A program made the translations under genes and the position numbers. From assembly GCF_018350175.1 (NCBI RefSeq), contig NC_058368.1, positions 197,100,001 through 197,164,000 on the forward strand: DNA of 64,000 nt. The letters run 5' to 3'. Positions 15,205 to 31,741 of this stretch are shown piece by piece. Under the pieces are notes generated by a model that was not told the DNA's origin, searched no databases, and saw nothing but the letters and a program-made list of their open reading frames with translations. Source of the stretch: Felis catus. Taxonomy: Eukaryota. Every line of letters starts with the position of its first letter. The first letter of the stretch is position 1.

Positions 15205-16152
15205 GCACTGTCAACAATAGCCAAATTATGGAAGGAGCTCAAATGTCCAACAACTGATGAATGGATAAAGAAGATGTGGTTTTTATATACAATGGAATAC
15301 TACTTGGCAATGAGAATGCATGAAATCCTGCCGTTTGCAGCAACGTGGGTGGAACTGGAGGGTATTATGCTAAGTGAAATAAGTCAGGCAGAGAAAGACA
15401 GATATCATATGTTTTCACTCGTATGTGGAATTTGAGACACTTACCAGAAGACCACGGGGGAAGAAAAGGGGAGAAAATAGTTACAAACAGAGAGGGAGGC
15501 AAACCATAAGAGACTCTTTTTTTAATTTCATTTTTTTTTAAATTCACATCCAAATTAGTTAGAATATAGTGCAACAATGATTTCAGGAGTAGATTCCTTA
15601 ATGCCCCTTACCCATTTAGCCCATCCCTCCTCCCACACCCCGTCCAGTAACCCTCTGTTTGTCCTCCATATTTATGAGAAAAGACTTTTTAAAAATGTTA
15701 AAAAAAATTTTTTTTAAATGTTTATTTATTTTAGAGACAGAGAGATAGAGCACAAGCAGGGTCAGGGCAGAGTGAGAGGGAGACAGAATCGGAAACAGGC
15801 TCCAGGCTCTGAGTTGGCAGCGCAAAGTCCGACACGGGGCTTGAACTCACGAACCGTGAGATCATGACCTGAGCCGAAGTCGGACACTCAACTGACTGAG
15901 CCACCCAGGTGCCCCGAGAAAAGATTCTTAAATGCAGAGAACAAACTGAGGGTTGATGGGAGCGGTGGGGGGGGGGGGAGGGGAAAATGGGTGATGGACA
16001 TTGAGGAGGGTGCTTGTCAGGATGAGCACTGGGTGTTGTAAGGAAGCGATGAATCATGGGAATCTACTCCTGAAGCCAAGAGCACACTGTATACACTGTA
16101 TATTAGCTAACTTGGCAATAAACTATATTAAAAAAAATAAAAATAAAAAATA
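15205..16152 (+). mobile_element. 5'-truncated carnivore L1 (ORF2 C-terminus + 3' UTR + A tail), containing a nested reverse L1 3' end (~15519-15675) and a reverse SINE (~15690-15915)
   Basis: ORF 15172..15435 encodes TIAKLWKELKCPTTDEWIKKMW...LSEISQAEKDRYHMFSL, the typical L1 ORF2 end. The 3' UTR resumes at ~15925 and ends in an (aaaat)n tail. Confidence 0.92.
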
Positions 16153-16349
16153 AAAAAATAAAAAATAAAAAATACATAGCTGCTTGGTAGGGGCAGGCTG
16201 CCTTGAAGGGCAGTGGTTTACCTGAGGTGGATGGCCACTGGTGGGAAGGTTTTAGAGGGGATTCCAGAATCAGATCCGGGTTAAATCAGACTAGGGGCCT
16301 TTTAGGCTTGGGATTTTAAGATAGGGGTGAATAAACAAGCCTTAGTTCT

Positions 16350-16538
16350 AGAGTTTGCCAGATATAGCAAATAGAAATCCAGAATGCTCTGTCAAATTTG
16401 AATTTCAGATAAACAACAGATACTTTTTCAGTATAAGTATACCCCAAATATCGCATGGGATACACCTGCATTACAACCATTGTTGTTTATCTGAAATTCC
16501 AATTTAAGTGGGCGTGCTGTATTTTAACTGGTAGTCCT
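16350..16538. mobile_element. MER53 palindromic hAT MITE
   Basis: Internal inverted repeat aatttgaatttcagataaacaac / gttgtttatctgaaattccaatt; resembles remembered MER53 consensus. Confidence 0.82.
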
Positions 16539-16547
16539 TCTTGGTCA

Positions 16548-16988
<441 letters not shown>

Positions 16989-17619
16989 TCAGGTTCCTGG
17001 GTCTATATCCTGTGGACGAAGTGCCTGGACAATCCTCATTCTCTAGCTGGAAAAAGGAACCTCGCGGGTCCAGGATCCGCTCACTTTCTCTGGGCCTGTG
17101 ACCTCCGGTACCCTCTTCTCCTGAGTTTCATTTCCCTACATGAAATGAGGATTGATACTCACGTCCCCATACTGCTACACGGCCTTTGTACCACACTGAG
17201 CTTGGTGAAAAGGGCAGGGACTATTGTACGGGTGAATGAAAGACACAACTTTCCTCCTCTCAAAATACCAGAGCTATTAATGAGACAGAAAATAATGGGT
17301 GATGCTGACACCTGGTGGCAGCATGTGGGAACAAAACTAGCCAAGAGAAGGGGCTGGTGACCAACAGGTTTAAGAATTCCCTCTTAGCATTTTAGGTTTC
17401 AATCAATTTTCCCCCAGTAACATGCCCTGATTCACTGGTTACAAAATATTTCTTTATAGCCACGTGCTTTTATAATATTTTTTTCAAGTTTAATGGAATA
17501 TTACTGCATATCCAAAATACAGAATTTTCTGTTGGATTCCAGTACGTGGAACATTGCATTAACGTGAACAGACTAATATGTCTTCCCTTCCAAACCATAT
17601 CTAACTCACACTGAATGCA

Positions 17620-18041
17620 TTTATTTGTAAATGTTTTATTTATTTTTGAGACAGAGAGAGCAGGGGTAGGGGCAGAGAGGGAGGGGGACAGAGAACCCAA
17701 AGTGGGCTTTGCACTGAGAGCAAATGCAGAACTCATGACCTGAGCTAAAGTCGGATGCTCAGCTGACTGAGCCACCCAGGTACCATTTGAATGCACTTAT
17801 AATAAAAGTACTTAAAGATTTTTATCCAAGAAATTTCCTTATAAGACTGGGTCAGGGCGCCTGGGTGGCTCAGTCTGTTGTGTCTGACTTCAGCTCAGGT
17901 CATGATCTCACAGTGTGTGGGTTCAAGCCCCATATCCGGCTCTGTGCTGGCAGCTCAGAGCCTGGAGCCTGCTTCAGATTCTGTGTCTCCCTCTCTGCCC
18001 CTCCCCTGCTCGCATTCTCTCTCTCTCTCTCTCAAAAAAAA
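17620..18041. mobile_element. Head-to-head SINE pair: reverse (~17620-17785) and forward (17855-18041)
   Basis: Both SINE bodies visible; forward copy has TSD aagactgg(g/t)tc. Confidence 0.88.
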
Positions 18042-18059
18042 AGACTGGTTCGTAACTTA

Positions 18060-18542
<483 letters not shown>

Positions 18543-18754
18543 TTAGGGGAAGGGTGGGAGCCCCAAGTCCCAGATCCACCCACCCCGGCCTTCCCAGCGG
18601 CCCTTTCAGCCCGCACATGGGGCCTGGCTGCGGCTGCAGGTGCGGACGGAGCAGGTCACCCTACCCAGATCTCCAGGGTGGTCAGGACCTGCTCCGCGCT
18701 GTGTGCCCAGGCAGGACCCCTCCCGGCTCCGGCATCCTCCAGCCTGAACCCTCA

Positions 18755-18886
<132 letters not shown>

Positions 18887-21180
18887 TCAGAGGGCACACT
18901 CAGAGGTTCCCCTCTGTTGGTTCAATCCCCCCAACCTCTGCACATGATGATTGCCTAACAAATATTTGTCAGCAGCTCTCACGTCCTGACACTATGCCAG
19001 GTATGGGGAAGACAATGCTGGCTTAGGATGGTCGTGTCTTCGAATCTCTCACAGCCTGTTTGGGGAGCCAGGCAATCAGGTGTAATAAATTCCCAGGGTT
19101 TTCCATATTTGGCATTTAAGTGGGAAGGTATTTAAGTGGGATACTAATGTAATGCAACTGGTTTAGGGAGTGATCGCCAGTGGCATCGTGGGGACAGACT
19201 GTGAGGGAAAGAGCCACATAAGACAGCGTCGTCCTGGGCAAGGTGAGACGCGGGAAAGGGAGGCGCTAAGATGACAGGATGTAGAGAAAGGGACGGGTTG
19301 GCATGTTCAGAATAGTTAGGGACCGGGAGATATGAGGGGTGACAGGAGAGGGGTCGTTAGTCATGAGAATGTGGGAAAACCCTTTCCTCTCCCCAAGGCT
19401 CTGTTTTCTCACCTGAGGCACACCCTCCCCGGGGAGCCGGCCCAAGTGCAATGGCAAGGCCAACAGACAACAGACCGAGTCACTTCTAACACTTCCGCAA
19501 AGTGCTGCCCTCTTGCTCGAAAAAGCTCAACTGTGCCAGCCAGACTTGGGACAGGACTGAAATGGCACCAACCCATTTAAAAAGAATTACAGAGCTCTGA
19601 GGCCTCTCCACCTTTCCTGCCAACGACTTCCCAGACCAGGCTCAGGGATGCTTTGCTATACGCACAGAACTTGGGGGCAGGGGGAGATAGGAGAGGCCGT
19701 GCGCTCCCCCCCGATTTCCAAAGGCTGGAAACATGGCAACGGTCAGAATTGGGCCAGATCTGTCAAAAGCATAATGGATCTCCCCTACAGGGAGAGAAAC
19801 AAGCGTGAAACAAGTTATTGGTTTCTCTTTGTTCTGCAATGGTGTACGGGTGGTGAAGTTTTTCATCAAGATAGAAGGCAAACACAAAACACATTCTGAA
19901 CACTTTGGAACTGACTTAATGACGGTGACACTTCACGTACAAGACTCCATGGAGAGGCAGAGCCACCGATGCCATGTCCCCACGCCAAACACACCCCCCC
20001 TAAATATTTGAGCTGCCCTCCCCCTATACGCTCGGCCCCAGGAACATTCCTCTGCACACGCCCGGGACCGAACCACGGCACGCACCTGCAGGTGCGTATA
20101 TGCGTCTACACGTTTACGCCGTCAATGTTGCTTTCCTTCAGGCCCTACTAACGGCAAGGGCCAAGTGAGGGGAGGGTTGCACTTCTCCAGCATCTGCCTG
20201 GCATGAGAGCCCCCTACCTGTCCTCTCCTAGGGACTACACGCTGACCCTGCAGCTTTGCTTCCACTGTGCCCCAGCAGCCCCTGTCCCTTGGCCCACCTC
20301 TGCCCCCGTACAGTGTCGCCCTTCCTTACTAGCTGTTCACTCTCACAAATGTGCTCTCTCGGAGAAGCTTCCCCGACGCCTGAGACAGGAGCAGGCCCTT
20401 GGGCACCTGGTACTCTTCCCTCCCAGCACTCCCGCAGCCCAGCATTCGCGTCTGCCCCGCCCTGGGGAGCGCAGCGTGTCTCTGTCAGGATGGCTCTTGT
20501 GCACCTGCCACACGGCGCTCCCGGCCTGCTCCCCGAGCAGAGCTCAGTCTGCCCCTCCGTGCGCGATGGGATGGCGAAACCATCAAGAGCCAGGTGTCTG
20601 GGGGTATATACATCCTTGCTCTGTTTCTTACTGACTCTGCGACTTTGGGCAAACCTCTCTGTGCCTCAGCTTCCTCCTCTGAAAATGTGGCTCGTCAAAG
20701 AGTTGTTGTGGAATTTAAATTAGGCCATTCATGTAAAGCATCAGGGACACTGTCGGCCACACAGTCATACTCTATGAATACTAACCTTTATTATATCATG
20801 TGAGCCCCGTGTGTGGGGGTTTGGGGCTGAGTCCCTTCATCACCCACCGGCACCTGGCAAAGCAAAGGCACTAGGCACATACTTTCCGACTGCCTGAGCA
20901 ATCGCTAAATGACCGCCTCGCTTGCGTCCCATCGGGCCACACTCTTCTGACAGTTCCCAATTTGCTTTAAATGGCTCCGGTCAACCGCGACTTCCTCCTG
21001 TCCTGGCGGTGTTAGTTACTCCCCCCTCTGGCTCACACTGCACCCTGGACATGGGCATTCGTTCATTCGTGCGTTCATCAATTCAGTAGACGTTTATTGA
21101 TACGCTGAGGTGCCAGCTCTATGGCTTGGCTTCACCACCAGCCTGTGAATTTCCCCGGGGGCACAGCCCCTGTTGAGTCA

Positions 21181-21516
<336 letters not shown>

Positions 21517-23045
21517 TTAGTTGTGTGGCTTTGCGAAAGCCATTTTCTCCTCTGGGCCTCGCCTTCCCTGTCTGTAACATGGGGATAATGCTGGCCCTCT
21601 GCTTACGTCCTTGGGTTGCCTGAGGACCAGTGCGATCGTGGGTGTGAAGGGCCACGTGAACCAGGACGCCCTGCACAAGCGTGAGGGACTGTCTTCTGTG
21701 ACCGTGCGGAACCTCCGCATCAGCCTGTAGGGTGGCCGGGGCCGTCTCCTCCATTTTGAAGATGTGGGAGCTGAGATTCCATGGCATTCACATGACCTGA
21801 GCATGAAATCAGATTGGCCGCCACTGGTTGCTCACCAATCCGTGGCTTTACGTGGGTTATCCCACTGTATCCCCATAGCAGCCCTGAGGGGCAGGGATAA
21901 GTGGGATCCCCATGTCACAGATTAGGATGATGGGGCTCTGAGAATGAAGCCATGGTTGCCTGACCTTAACCTCTGGACTAATGACCTGCCAGCATCGGGA
22001 TGTCAAGACTGTCTCCAGTCCAGGCTCAGTCTTTAGTCTCAATCTCCAGTCTAGGGCTCCTTCTGCTGACCCACCCGGCCCCTGGAGGGCAGAGGCTCCC
22101 CCAGAGAGCAGGTTCTCTCACTTCCTTCCCCTCCTGAGACAAAGATAATGAGCAACACTAAACATCCCAGGGGAGAGCTGGTTGTCACAGGAAGGAAGGG
22201 AGGCTAGGGAGGGAGGAAGGTGTCTGGTTGCTTTGTTTCAGCAGGAAGATCAGAGGAAAAGGCAGAAAGGTGTCAGAGTGAAAGAGGGGCAGGGTGCAGG
22301 GACATGGCCGGCGGTAAGGGACTGGGGATAGGGGCCCCACCACCATCCCACAGTGATCACTCACAGTTACTAAGTACTTCCTGCCTAGGGGGCACCCTAT
22401 TAAATGCTCTCTAGACTCTTTACAAGAACCATTTTACAGAAGAGCAAACTGAGGCACAGATAGGCAAAGTCATTTGCAGAAGATCACATAGCCAATAAGT
22501 GCCACTTAGGCCTGGGACTTGAACTCAAGTCTGTGCGCCACCAGAGTCCTCCCCTGTCATCACAATGGCACCCTGCCTATGGCCTTTGGAGGAGATTTCC
22601 TCGTCAGCTTCTAATCCTGGCTCAAACCACTCGGTTGTGTGACCTTTGGCAAGTCACGTCAGATTCCTGTGTCTCAGTTTCCTCATCTGTACAATGGGAA
22701 CGATAATAGTCCTATTGCAAACAGTAAATGAGGTCACGGATGTGAAGCTCTTAGCGCAACACGTGGCCCGAAGTTAAGTGCTCAGCATAAGGTAACTCTA
22801 ATTGTTCTGCAGTCAGAGGCAAGATGCAGAAGCCGGACCACAGGTGGAGGTTGCAAGCATGCACATTTCACCTAAGACAGGAAGGAGTTTTCCTGTTTTT
22901 TTTTTTTTTTTTTTTAAGGATTAGCTTTATCTACTGATAAAATTAGCTTCCTTTAAAGATATCAAGCTCCTCATTCCAGGAGGTACACATGTGCAGCCTG
23001 GACAAGCCCACAGTAAGGGTGTCAGAAAGGGGATTCAAATAACTA

Positions 23046-23561
<516 letters not shown>

Positions 23562-23854
23562 CTATTCATTCCAGAGAAGAGTAGTCTGGAAAGGGGGCAT
23601 TTTTGGACAATCTTCAGATCTCAAGGGCTACTGCGGGGCCCCAGGGGCACAACCACCCATCAGGAAGAGGCAGATTTTAGCATAAAACTAGGTAGACCAT
23701 TCTAGTCTAAAGAACCAGAGAAGACACAGCCTGGCTCGGAAGGAAGCCAGCTCCGTGCTCCTAATGGGCTACCTAGCAGGAATGTGGGAGAGAGAATTCT
23801 AGGCGCGATGGAAGACTGGGCTTGGTTTATCAATAGTTTATCAATGATTATCAC

Positions 23855-24372
23855 TTCCCAATTCTTATTATGAAGCCAGCATTACCTTGATACTGAGACC
23901 TGACAATGACATTCCAAAAAGAAAAATGATAAGCTCATCTCAACCTGGTTGCAAAAGCCCTACAAAAAAATTAGCAAATGGAATCTGACACATATAAAAA
24001 GCATACTGTATCAAGACTTTATTTATTCTGGGATTGCAGGAGTGCACTAGCCTTTAAAAACCAACACTATAATTCATCATATAAGTAGAAAAAAAAGAAA
24101 AGCCACATCTATCAATAGACACAGAATAGGCATTTGATAAAATTCCCCACCCATCTGTAGTATAAATGAGCAAACTAGACCTACAGAGGGGGGACTTCCT
24201 TAATGTGATAATAAAGACCTTCTACAGACCTGTCACAGCAAATATCAGCCTTAATAGTGAACTTTGTAACTCTCCCTTTGAGCTGTGGACTGAGACAAGG
24301 GCGCCTGCTCTTCCACCGACATTTACATTGTGTTGGAGATCCTAACCAATGCAATATGTCAAGAAAAAAAAT
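23855..24372 (+). mobile_element. Ancient degenerate L1 ORF2 (reverse transcriptase region) fragment
   Basis: L1-like motifs tatgaagccagcattaccttgatac, ttagcaaatggaatc, gcatttgataaaatt, agacaagggcgcc; no intact ORF. Confidence 0.8.
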
Positions 24373-24844
24373 GGCCTAAGGAGTGGGAAGAAGGGTCATG
24401 ACCTTGGGACTGGTTCTGGCCTGGGGTGAGCTTCTCACTGCTCCAGGATGAAAAAAATGTCATGTTTCAAATGAGTACCTGTTGGGCAAGGCTTGTCAAC
24501 AAACTTGGGGTTAAACAGCTATGAATATTTTTGAATTATGTCCGCATTCCTACTCTGGAATTAAAGGCACATTTTCTTTTACGAAATGATGGCAAATTAA
24601 AAAAAAAAAAAAACTAAGAAAGCAAGTTCCATTGTAAGTGCTGCATGGGCTCAGTTTTAGAAAAGACAGATGTGTGGAAATGAGGGTGGAAATATGTATA
24701 TTAAAATTTAACAGTGGTTAGCCCTTGATCAATGGGATTGTAGGTGGCTTTTGAAAAATGGTTTTCATCATGTTTTTCTCTAGTTTTATAAATGAACACA
24801 TTTACTTGCCTAATGAAAACAACAAACATTGTTTTAAAGTGATT

Positions 24845-25009
24845 GGGGTGCCTGGGTGGTTCAGTCAGTTAAGTGTCTGACTCTTGATTCCGGCTCAGGT
24901 CATGATCTCACGGTTCATAGGTTCTAGCCCCTACGTCTGACTCTGTGCTGACAGTATGGAGGCTGCTTGGGATTCTTTCTCTCTCTGCCTCTCCTGTGCT
25001 CATGCTCTT

Positions 25010-25041
<32 letters not shown>

Positions 25042-25115
25042 CCCGTCCCCCCCCCAACTCTCCCCTGCTTGTACACTTTCCCTCTGTCTCTAAAAAAATA
25101 AATAAATAAAATAAT
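24845..25115 (+). mobile_element. Carnivore SINE
   Basis: Head, CT-rich tract, (aaat)n tail; flanks tttta(a)agtgat. Confidence 0.9.
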
Positions 25116-25119
25116 TTTA

Positions 25120-25623
<504 letters not shown>

Positions 25624-26209
25624 TCATTGCCTGGGAGGCACCTCCATACCCTTGTGCAGATGTCCTTGCCCCGGGGTCCCGGGACCAGGAGGGGGTGGGC
25701 GTGAGGTGTGATCGTGGTGATCGCTAAACCCCTGCATGGGCACCATGCTGTATAGATTTACCACTGGCCTTGCGATCTCGGTGACTTCACTTCTCAGAGT
25801 CCAGCTTTCTTATCGGTAACATGGTCATAATGAAGGACAGTATCTACCTCATCCGGCTGTGAGCATCAGTGAATGCAGAGCGTTCAGCCCAGTGCCTGGC
25901 ACCCAGCAGGCACTCAGTGAACATCGGCTACTGTCATTACCCCAACAACTTCACATCCACAATCTCAAGGGACTCTCACAGCACCCACAAATCCCCATTT
26001 TATACAGAAGGCAACTGGAGGCTCAAAGAGAATAAATGACTCATTCGAGGTCAGTCACCAAGGATCAGGGCGAGGATTTGATCCAGGGCTCCTGACTCCC
26101 ATGCCAGTGGTCCTTCCACTGAACCCTGGAGTCACTGAGTACCAGGGCTTGAGGCTTCTGTGGTGACCCAGAGGGGCTGGCACACACGTGTATTCCAAGG
26201 ATCAGGTCA

Positions 26210-26578
<369 letters not shown>

Positions 26579-26732
26579 TCACACCTCCAGGCTGTGTTCA
26601 TGCTATTCTGTGTGCTGTCTTAGCTTTTGCTAGAGAACTCCTACTCATCCTTCAATACCCAGATCAAAGATCTTTCTTCTGACCTTCTCGGGCAGAGAAT
26701 AGTCAGACCCTCCTCAGTGATCCCACAGCATT

Positions 26733-26733
<1 letters not shown>

Positions 26734-26771
<38 letters not shown>
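26734..26771. repeat. (GT)n microsatellite
   Basis: Seen directly. Confidence 0.95.
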
Positions 26772-26773
<2 letters not shown>

Positions 26774-27054
26774 CTTGGTCACGGCTCTGATCCCTGTACG
26801 GCAAGGAGTGGTGCTCCAGCTGCCTGGGCTTAGCCCCCCTTGTCTTCTGTCACCTCAGTCCTTCCACTCCCCTCCTGATGCATATGCTTGCTCCCTCTGG
26901 TGAAAGCGATTCTCCTAAACCTCTGTGGCTATACCACGGAGGAACTGGACTAAAGAAGATAATGGTAGTGCTTGCAACAGTGACCACAACAGCTGTCTGC
27001 GTGGAATTTTCCCAGCACATTCCCACTGAGCTGGCAGCACAGCGCAGGGGTGGG

Positions 27055-27180
27055 GGCTATCTTAAACTGTATTCTGCATCGGAGCTACCGGGCTCTCTTT
27101 AAAATGCAGATGCCCGGGCTGTACCCCCAGAGATTCTGATTCACTGGTGTGGGCTGAGCTGAGGAATCTGCATTTTTTTT
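27055..27180. mobile_element. MER5-like hAT MITE fragment
   Basis: taaaatgcagatgcccgggc...cagagattctgattca...ggaatctgcatttt. Confidence 0.65.
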
Positions 27181-28394
27181 TAAAAAGCCTATTTAATAGG
27201 GCATTACAAAACATGGAAAAATAAAAACTATAGGAAGTTCAAGAAATCGGATTTTTTTTTCAACAGTTAAGATTATTTTGATCCAGATGGTCGCTGGGGC
27301 ATGCTCTGAAGGCCAGTGGGTTAAGGGCACGTGCTTTGGGTTGGATCAGATTTGAGATCAAATTTGTCGCCACCATTGGTTTAGTGACGTTGGGGGAAAA
27401 AAATCCCAGTTTCTCTGCATTTCAGGGTCTTCACCCTGAAGTGATGTGAACAGTGCCCACCTTGGACGAGTGATAAAATGCATATAAGCTCTTAGCACAG
27501 TGCCTGGCACACAGAATGTGCTAGGCGGATGCTAGATGTCATTATTATTTTCACCTCCTTTGATTCTCATAACGCAGGGAGATAGGTATCAGCCCCATTT
27601 TACAGATGAGGAAACTGAGGCTCCACACAGTTTGCTAGTGACAGAGCCTGGATAAGAACTGAGGCTGCCCGCTCAGGGAATAGGGGCACATACCCTCTTC
27701 CAGGAAGCCTTCCTTCTTCACCCAGTACAACTGGCTGTCAAACCACACTGTTCTGCAATGTGCTGCTCTGGGCTCCCAGCCCCTACCATCCATCTGTTTC
27801 CTGAGAACAGCAGCACTCAAATTCCCAGTGACTGGGATACCCAGTGCTAGCTCCCAAGTGATGGCCCCAGCCTGCCCTTCCCAGCAGGCTCTCTGAAGCC
27901 TCAGATGCTTGCAACATCCTGTGAGGTGGATGGTGGGGGGAGGTGTGACGGGGAAGAGGGAGGGGACACCCGGGGCAGTGCTCTTGAACACCTGGCAGGG
28001 CTGGACACCGGGTCAGAGGAAGGATATTCCCTGATGGGCTTGGCGCCCTCTCCCTGGTCAAGCTCCCTGACCCTTCCTGAGGCCCGCCCTTCCCTCCTGC
28101 CCCAGGGTCCCTGCTGCCTCATCTGAGGGGAGCCATGAGCTCCCTGGGGAGGTGGAGGGGCCTCACCCAGCTGAGGGGCTTGACCTGGGATTCAGGGCCC
28201 AGCAGCGCTTTGTCTCCGCCCTCCTCCCCTGTCCTCAAGTGGAGAACAGAACAAAGTCACCTGCTTCCCATACAAACCGCCGCTTGCAGCCCCACAGACA
28301 CCAAGAATCTCAAGGCTGAAGACAGCCACTGATCCCCTGGTCCAACCCCAGCACTCCACTCTGCTTTAACTAGTTTATTAGTGGTGAAAATAAT

Positions 28395-28848
28395 ATACCG
28401 CAGTAGCCCAGAGGTGGAGAGAACCCAGGCGTCCATCAACTGATGAAAGACTAAACAAAACGTGGTCTCTCCCTACACTGGAATATTACTTGGCCATAAA
28501 GAGCAAATGAGGGCTGGTACACGCAGTGATGCGGATTGACCTTGGGAACACTACGCTAAAGGGAAATAAGCCAGACGCAAAAGGCCACACATTGTATGAT
28601 GCTATTCACGTGAAATATTCAGAATAGGCAAATCCATAGGGGCGGAAAGCAGACTGGTGGTTGCCAGGGGCGCAGGAGGAAGGCGAACAAGAACGACTGC
28701 TTAACGGGGATGGCGTTTCCTCTTTGAGTGATGAAAAGGTGTGGGAACTGGCTGCACAGTCCTGTGAATGTACTAAATGCCACTGATTGCACACCCGTCA
28801 AATGGTTGACATGGTCCATTTCACGTTATGTGTATTTTGTTACAATAC
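28395..28848 (+). mobile_element. Old L1 (L1MB-like) 3' end
   Basis: gtccatcaactgatga...agccagacgcaaaaggccacacattgtatgat...gaataggcaaatccatag...tactaaatgccactga. Confidence 0.8.
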
Positions 28849-29003
28849 AGAAAATATGCCCAGGGTGAAAAGCACAATCAGTACAAAAGAGTATGAATGG
28901 GAAAGTATGTTCCCTTCACCCAGATTTCCATTCAATTCCCACAGGGGAATGCTGTTGACAGTTTCTTGCATATCCCAGGAGAGTCATTTAAATGAATGCA
29001 GAT

Positions 29004-29222
29004 GGGGCGCCTGGGTGGCTCAGTCGGTTGAGCGTCCGACTTCAGCTCAGGTCACGATCTCGCGGTCCGTGAGTTCGAGCCCCGCGTCAGGCTCTGGGCT
29101 GATGGCTCAGAGCCTGGAGCCTGCTTCCGATTCTGTGTCTCCCTCTCTCTCTGCCCCTCCCCCATTCATGCTCTGTCTCTCTCTGTCTCAAAAATAAATA
29201 AATATTAAAAAAAATTTTTTTA
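29004..29222 (+). mobile_element. SINEC_Fc
   Basis: Full body; TSD taaatgaatgcag. Confidence 0.95.
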
Positions 29223-30242
29223 AATGAATGCAGGGATGCGTGTACCCCATCAAGGAACAAATGGAATCCTATTAAATGCAGTATTCTGCAGCGTTTGAAT
29301 GTTTTTCAGCGGCTGTATCTTGGAATTCATTTCTGATCGGCACAGACAGACCTATTTTATTTATTTTTTGGCGGTTGGAAGATATTCCACTGAGCTACTG
29401 AATGACAGGATAGCATCGCATAAACATTATCTCATACAAGTTCAACTACGAATGCTGGGGCACACAAAGACCAGGATAGAGTCTCTTGTGTGTCACGTGA
29501 AGTTCCTATATCCAAGCCAGTGACTTCTCTGATCCTCAGAGAAACACCCATTTGTCTCACTGCGGGAGGAAACCCATTAAGAGGTCGGTCAAAAGCAGAG
29601 ACTCTTTGTGGCCGATTTAAGAGATTTTTCAAGTGTAATTTGCACCAGTGCCCTCTAAATTATTTTATCGGGTCCACCTATCAGTAAAAATGTAATCATA
29701 TAATGTACTTCCATTTATTTATGGGCAAATTATATACATTTATGTCTCTATATGTATAGACTGCTTACAAGCATTTTGCTATTATTAGATTATAAAGACT
29801 ATAACTAAAATATTGACATGGAAAGTTTTTAAAAGAAGTGTTGAGCTAAATATAAGTAAAGCTTCTATAACTTCCTACATCATTTTGTGAATTCCCTGGG
29901 GTGACCACCCTCTACATGGGAGACCTTTTGATTTCAGCCATGTGCTTTTTTATCCTAGGCACTGACTTTGTAACCTCGCCCACCTAGAAGATGCGGTCCT
30001 GCTAAGTACGAACCATCTCACCAGTCCACCGAGGAGGAGCACTTAGGCCAGCAGCAGGTTCAGTGCTAGGACCCAGGATGCAGCGGTCATTTGTGCACCT
30101 CCATCCAGGCACATCTATATCCATGGATCCAGCCCCTTTCCTATTGTCAGGGCAGGGAAGGGAGTTGTCCAAGGCTGCACAGAACTGGGACTGGAACCTA
30201 AGCCCCTGATCCCTGGGGCCACGCCCACTGACTGCCCTACTA

Positions 30243-30488
<246 letters not shown>

Positions 30489-31437
30489 CTAGGCGGCCAG
30501 GAGAGCGGAGGAAACAGGCGGAGGGACGGGACGAGGCTGGGGCAGGGGGAGGCCGGAGCCCCTAGGAACCGTTTCTGAACGGAAGCCATAACTTGTGACA
30601 GAGTGGCAGAAGGGCAGAGGTGGGAAGCTGTTTGCCGACAGTTTGCTTGGTTCTCTCCTCCTTGACCAACTTGTTGAAGCGTCAGGGCTTCTCTGTAATA
30701 TCTAAAAGCTGTGTGGGCTGCCACAGAGACGTAGTTAGTGCTTTTGATTAAGCACGTGAAGAATTATCAAAAGCTACGGTGACTTCTGCAATACTCTGGA
30801 ACCCCATCTCTATTCAGGTGAGGAACAGCAGGACAAGTAAATGGAACGCGTGTGAGTTAGCGAGGCAATAATGCCTTAGGCTCTGGGGCCAGGGAACCCC
30901 TGCTCTACCGGGATTAGGCTCCATCACTTACTAGTGGTGGGACACTGACATGTCACTTACTTTAAGCCTCAGTTTCTTTACCTGTAAAATGGGCACATTA
31001 ATGGTGCCAACCTCCATCAGTTGTTGGGAGCGGGTAAAGGACGCCATAAGGGGTCAGCAATTGGTACCACTGGATGGTGATGATGATACTGAATTAGGTA
31101 GTTGACAGATAATGTTTGATGTGATTATGGGTCCCTTCCCTCAATTTCTTGGACAAACCCTAGACATGATCCAAGCCTTTATTTTATAGGTGATAGGCTC
31201 AGAAAGGAAAGGTGATTTGCCCAAGACCACACAGCCGCAGGGGGGAGGGCAGAGGGCCACCAACTCCTGGTCCAGAGCATTCCCCACACTCCATGTTAAT
31301 TATCACAGCAATCAGAAGTTGGGGTGGGGAGCATCCCATGTGCTTAAAGGGAAGGGTCAGTTCACTGCATCATCCCTGCTCAGCATGGGCACAGTGAGCA
31401 CACACATCATGAGCCAGTGAAATATTGTCACAGCCTG

Positions 31438-31566
31438 TTTCTCCCTCCCTTCCTCCCTTCCTCCCTTCCTCCCTTCCTTCCTTTCTTCCTTCCTTTCTTT
31501 TCCTTCTTTCCTTTCTTTCTTTCCTTTCTTTCTTTTCTTTCTTTCTTTCTTTCTTTCCTTCCTTTC

Positions 31567-31601
<35 letters not shown>

Positions 31602-31605
31602 CTTT

Positions 31606-31648
<43 letters not shown>

Positions 31649-31701
31649 CTTCCTTCCTTCTTTCCTTCCTTCCTTCCTTTTTCTTTCTCTCTCTTTCTTT
31701 C

Positions 31702-31741
<40 letters not shown>

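Noticed and set aside
15172..15435. 87-aa ORF with clear protein homology
   Set aside because: It is the C-terminal remnant of L1 ORF2 in a truncated element, not a host gene.
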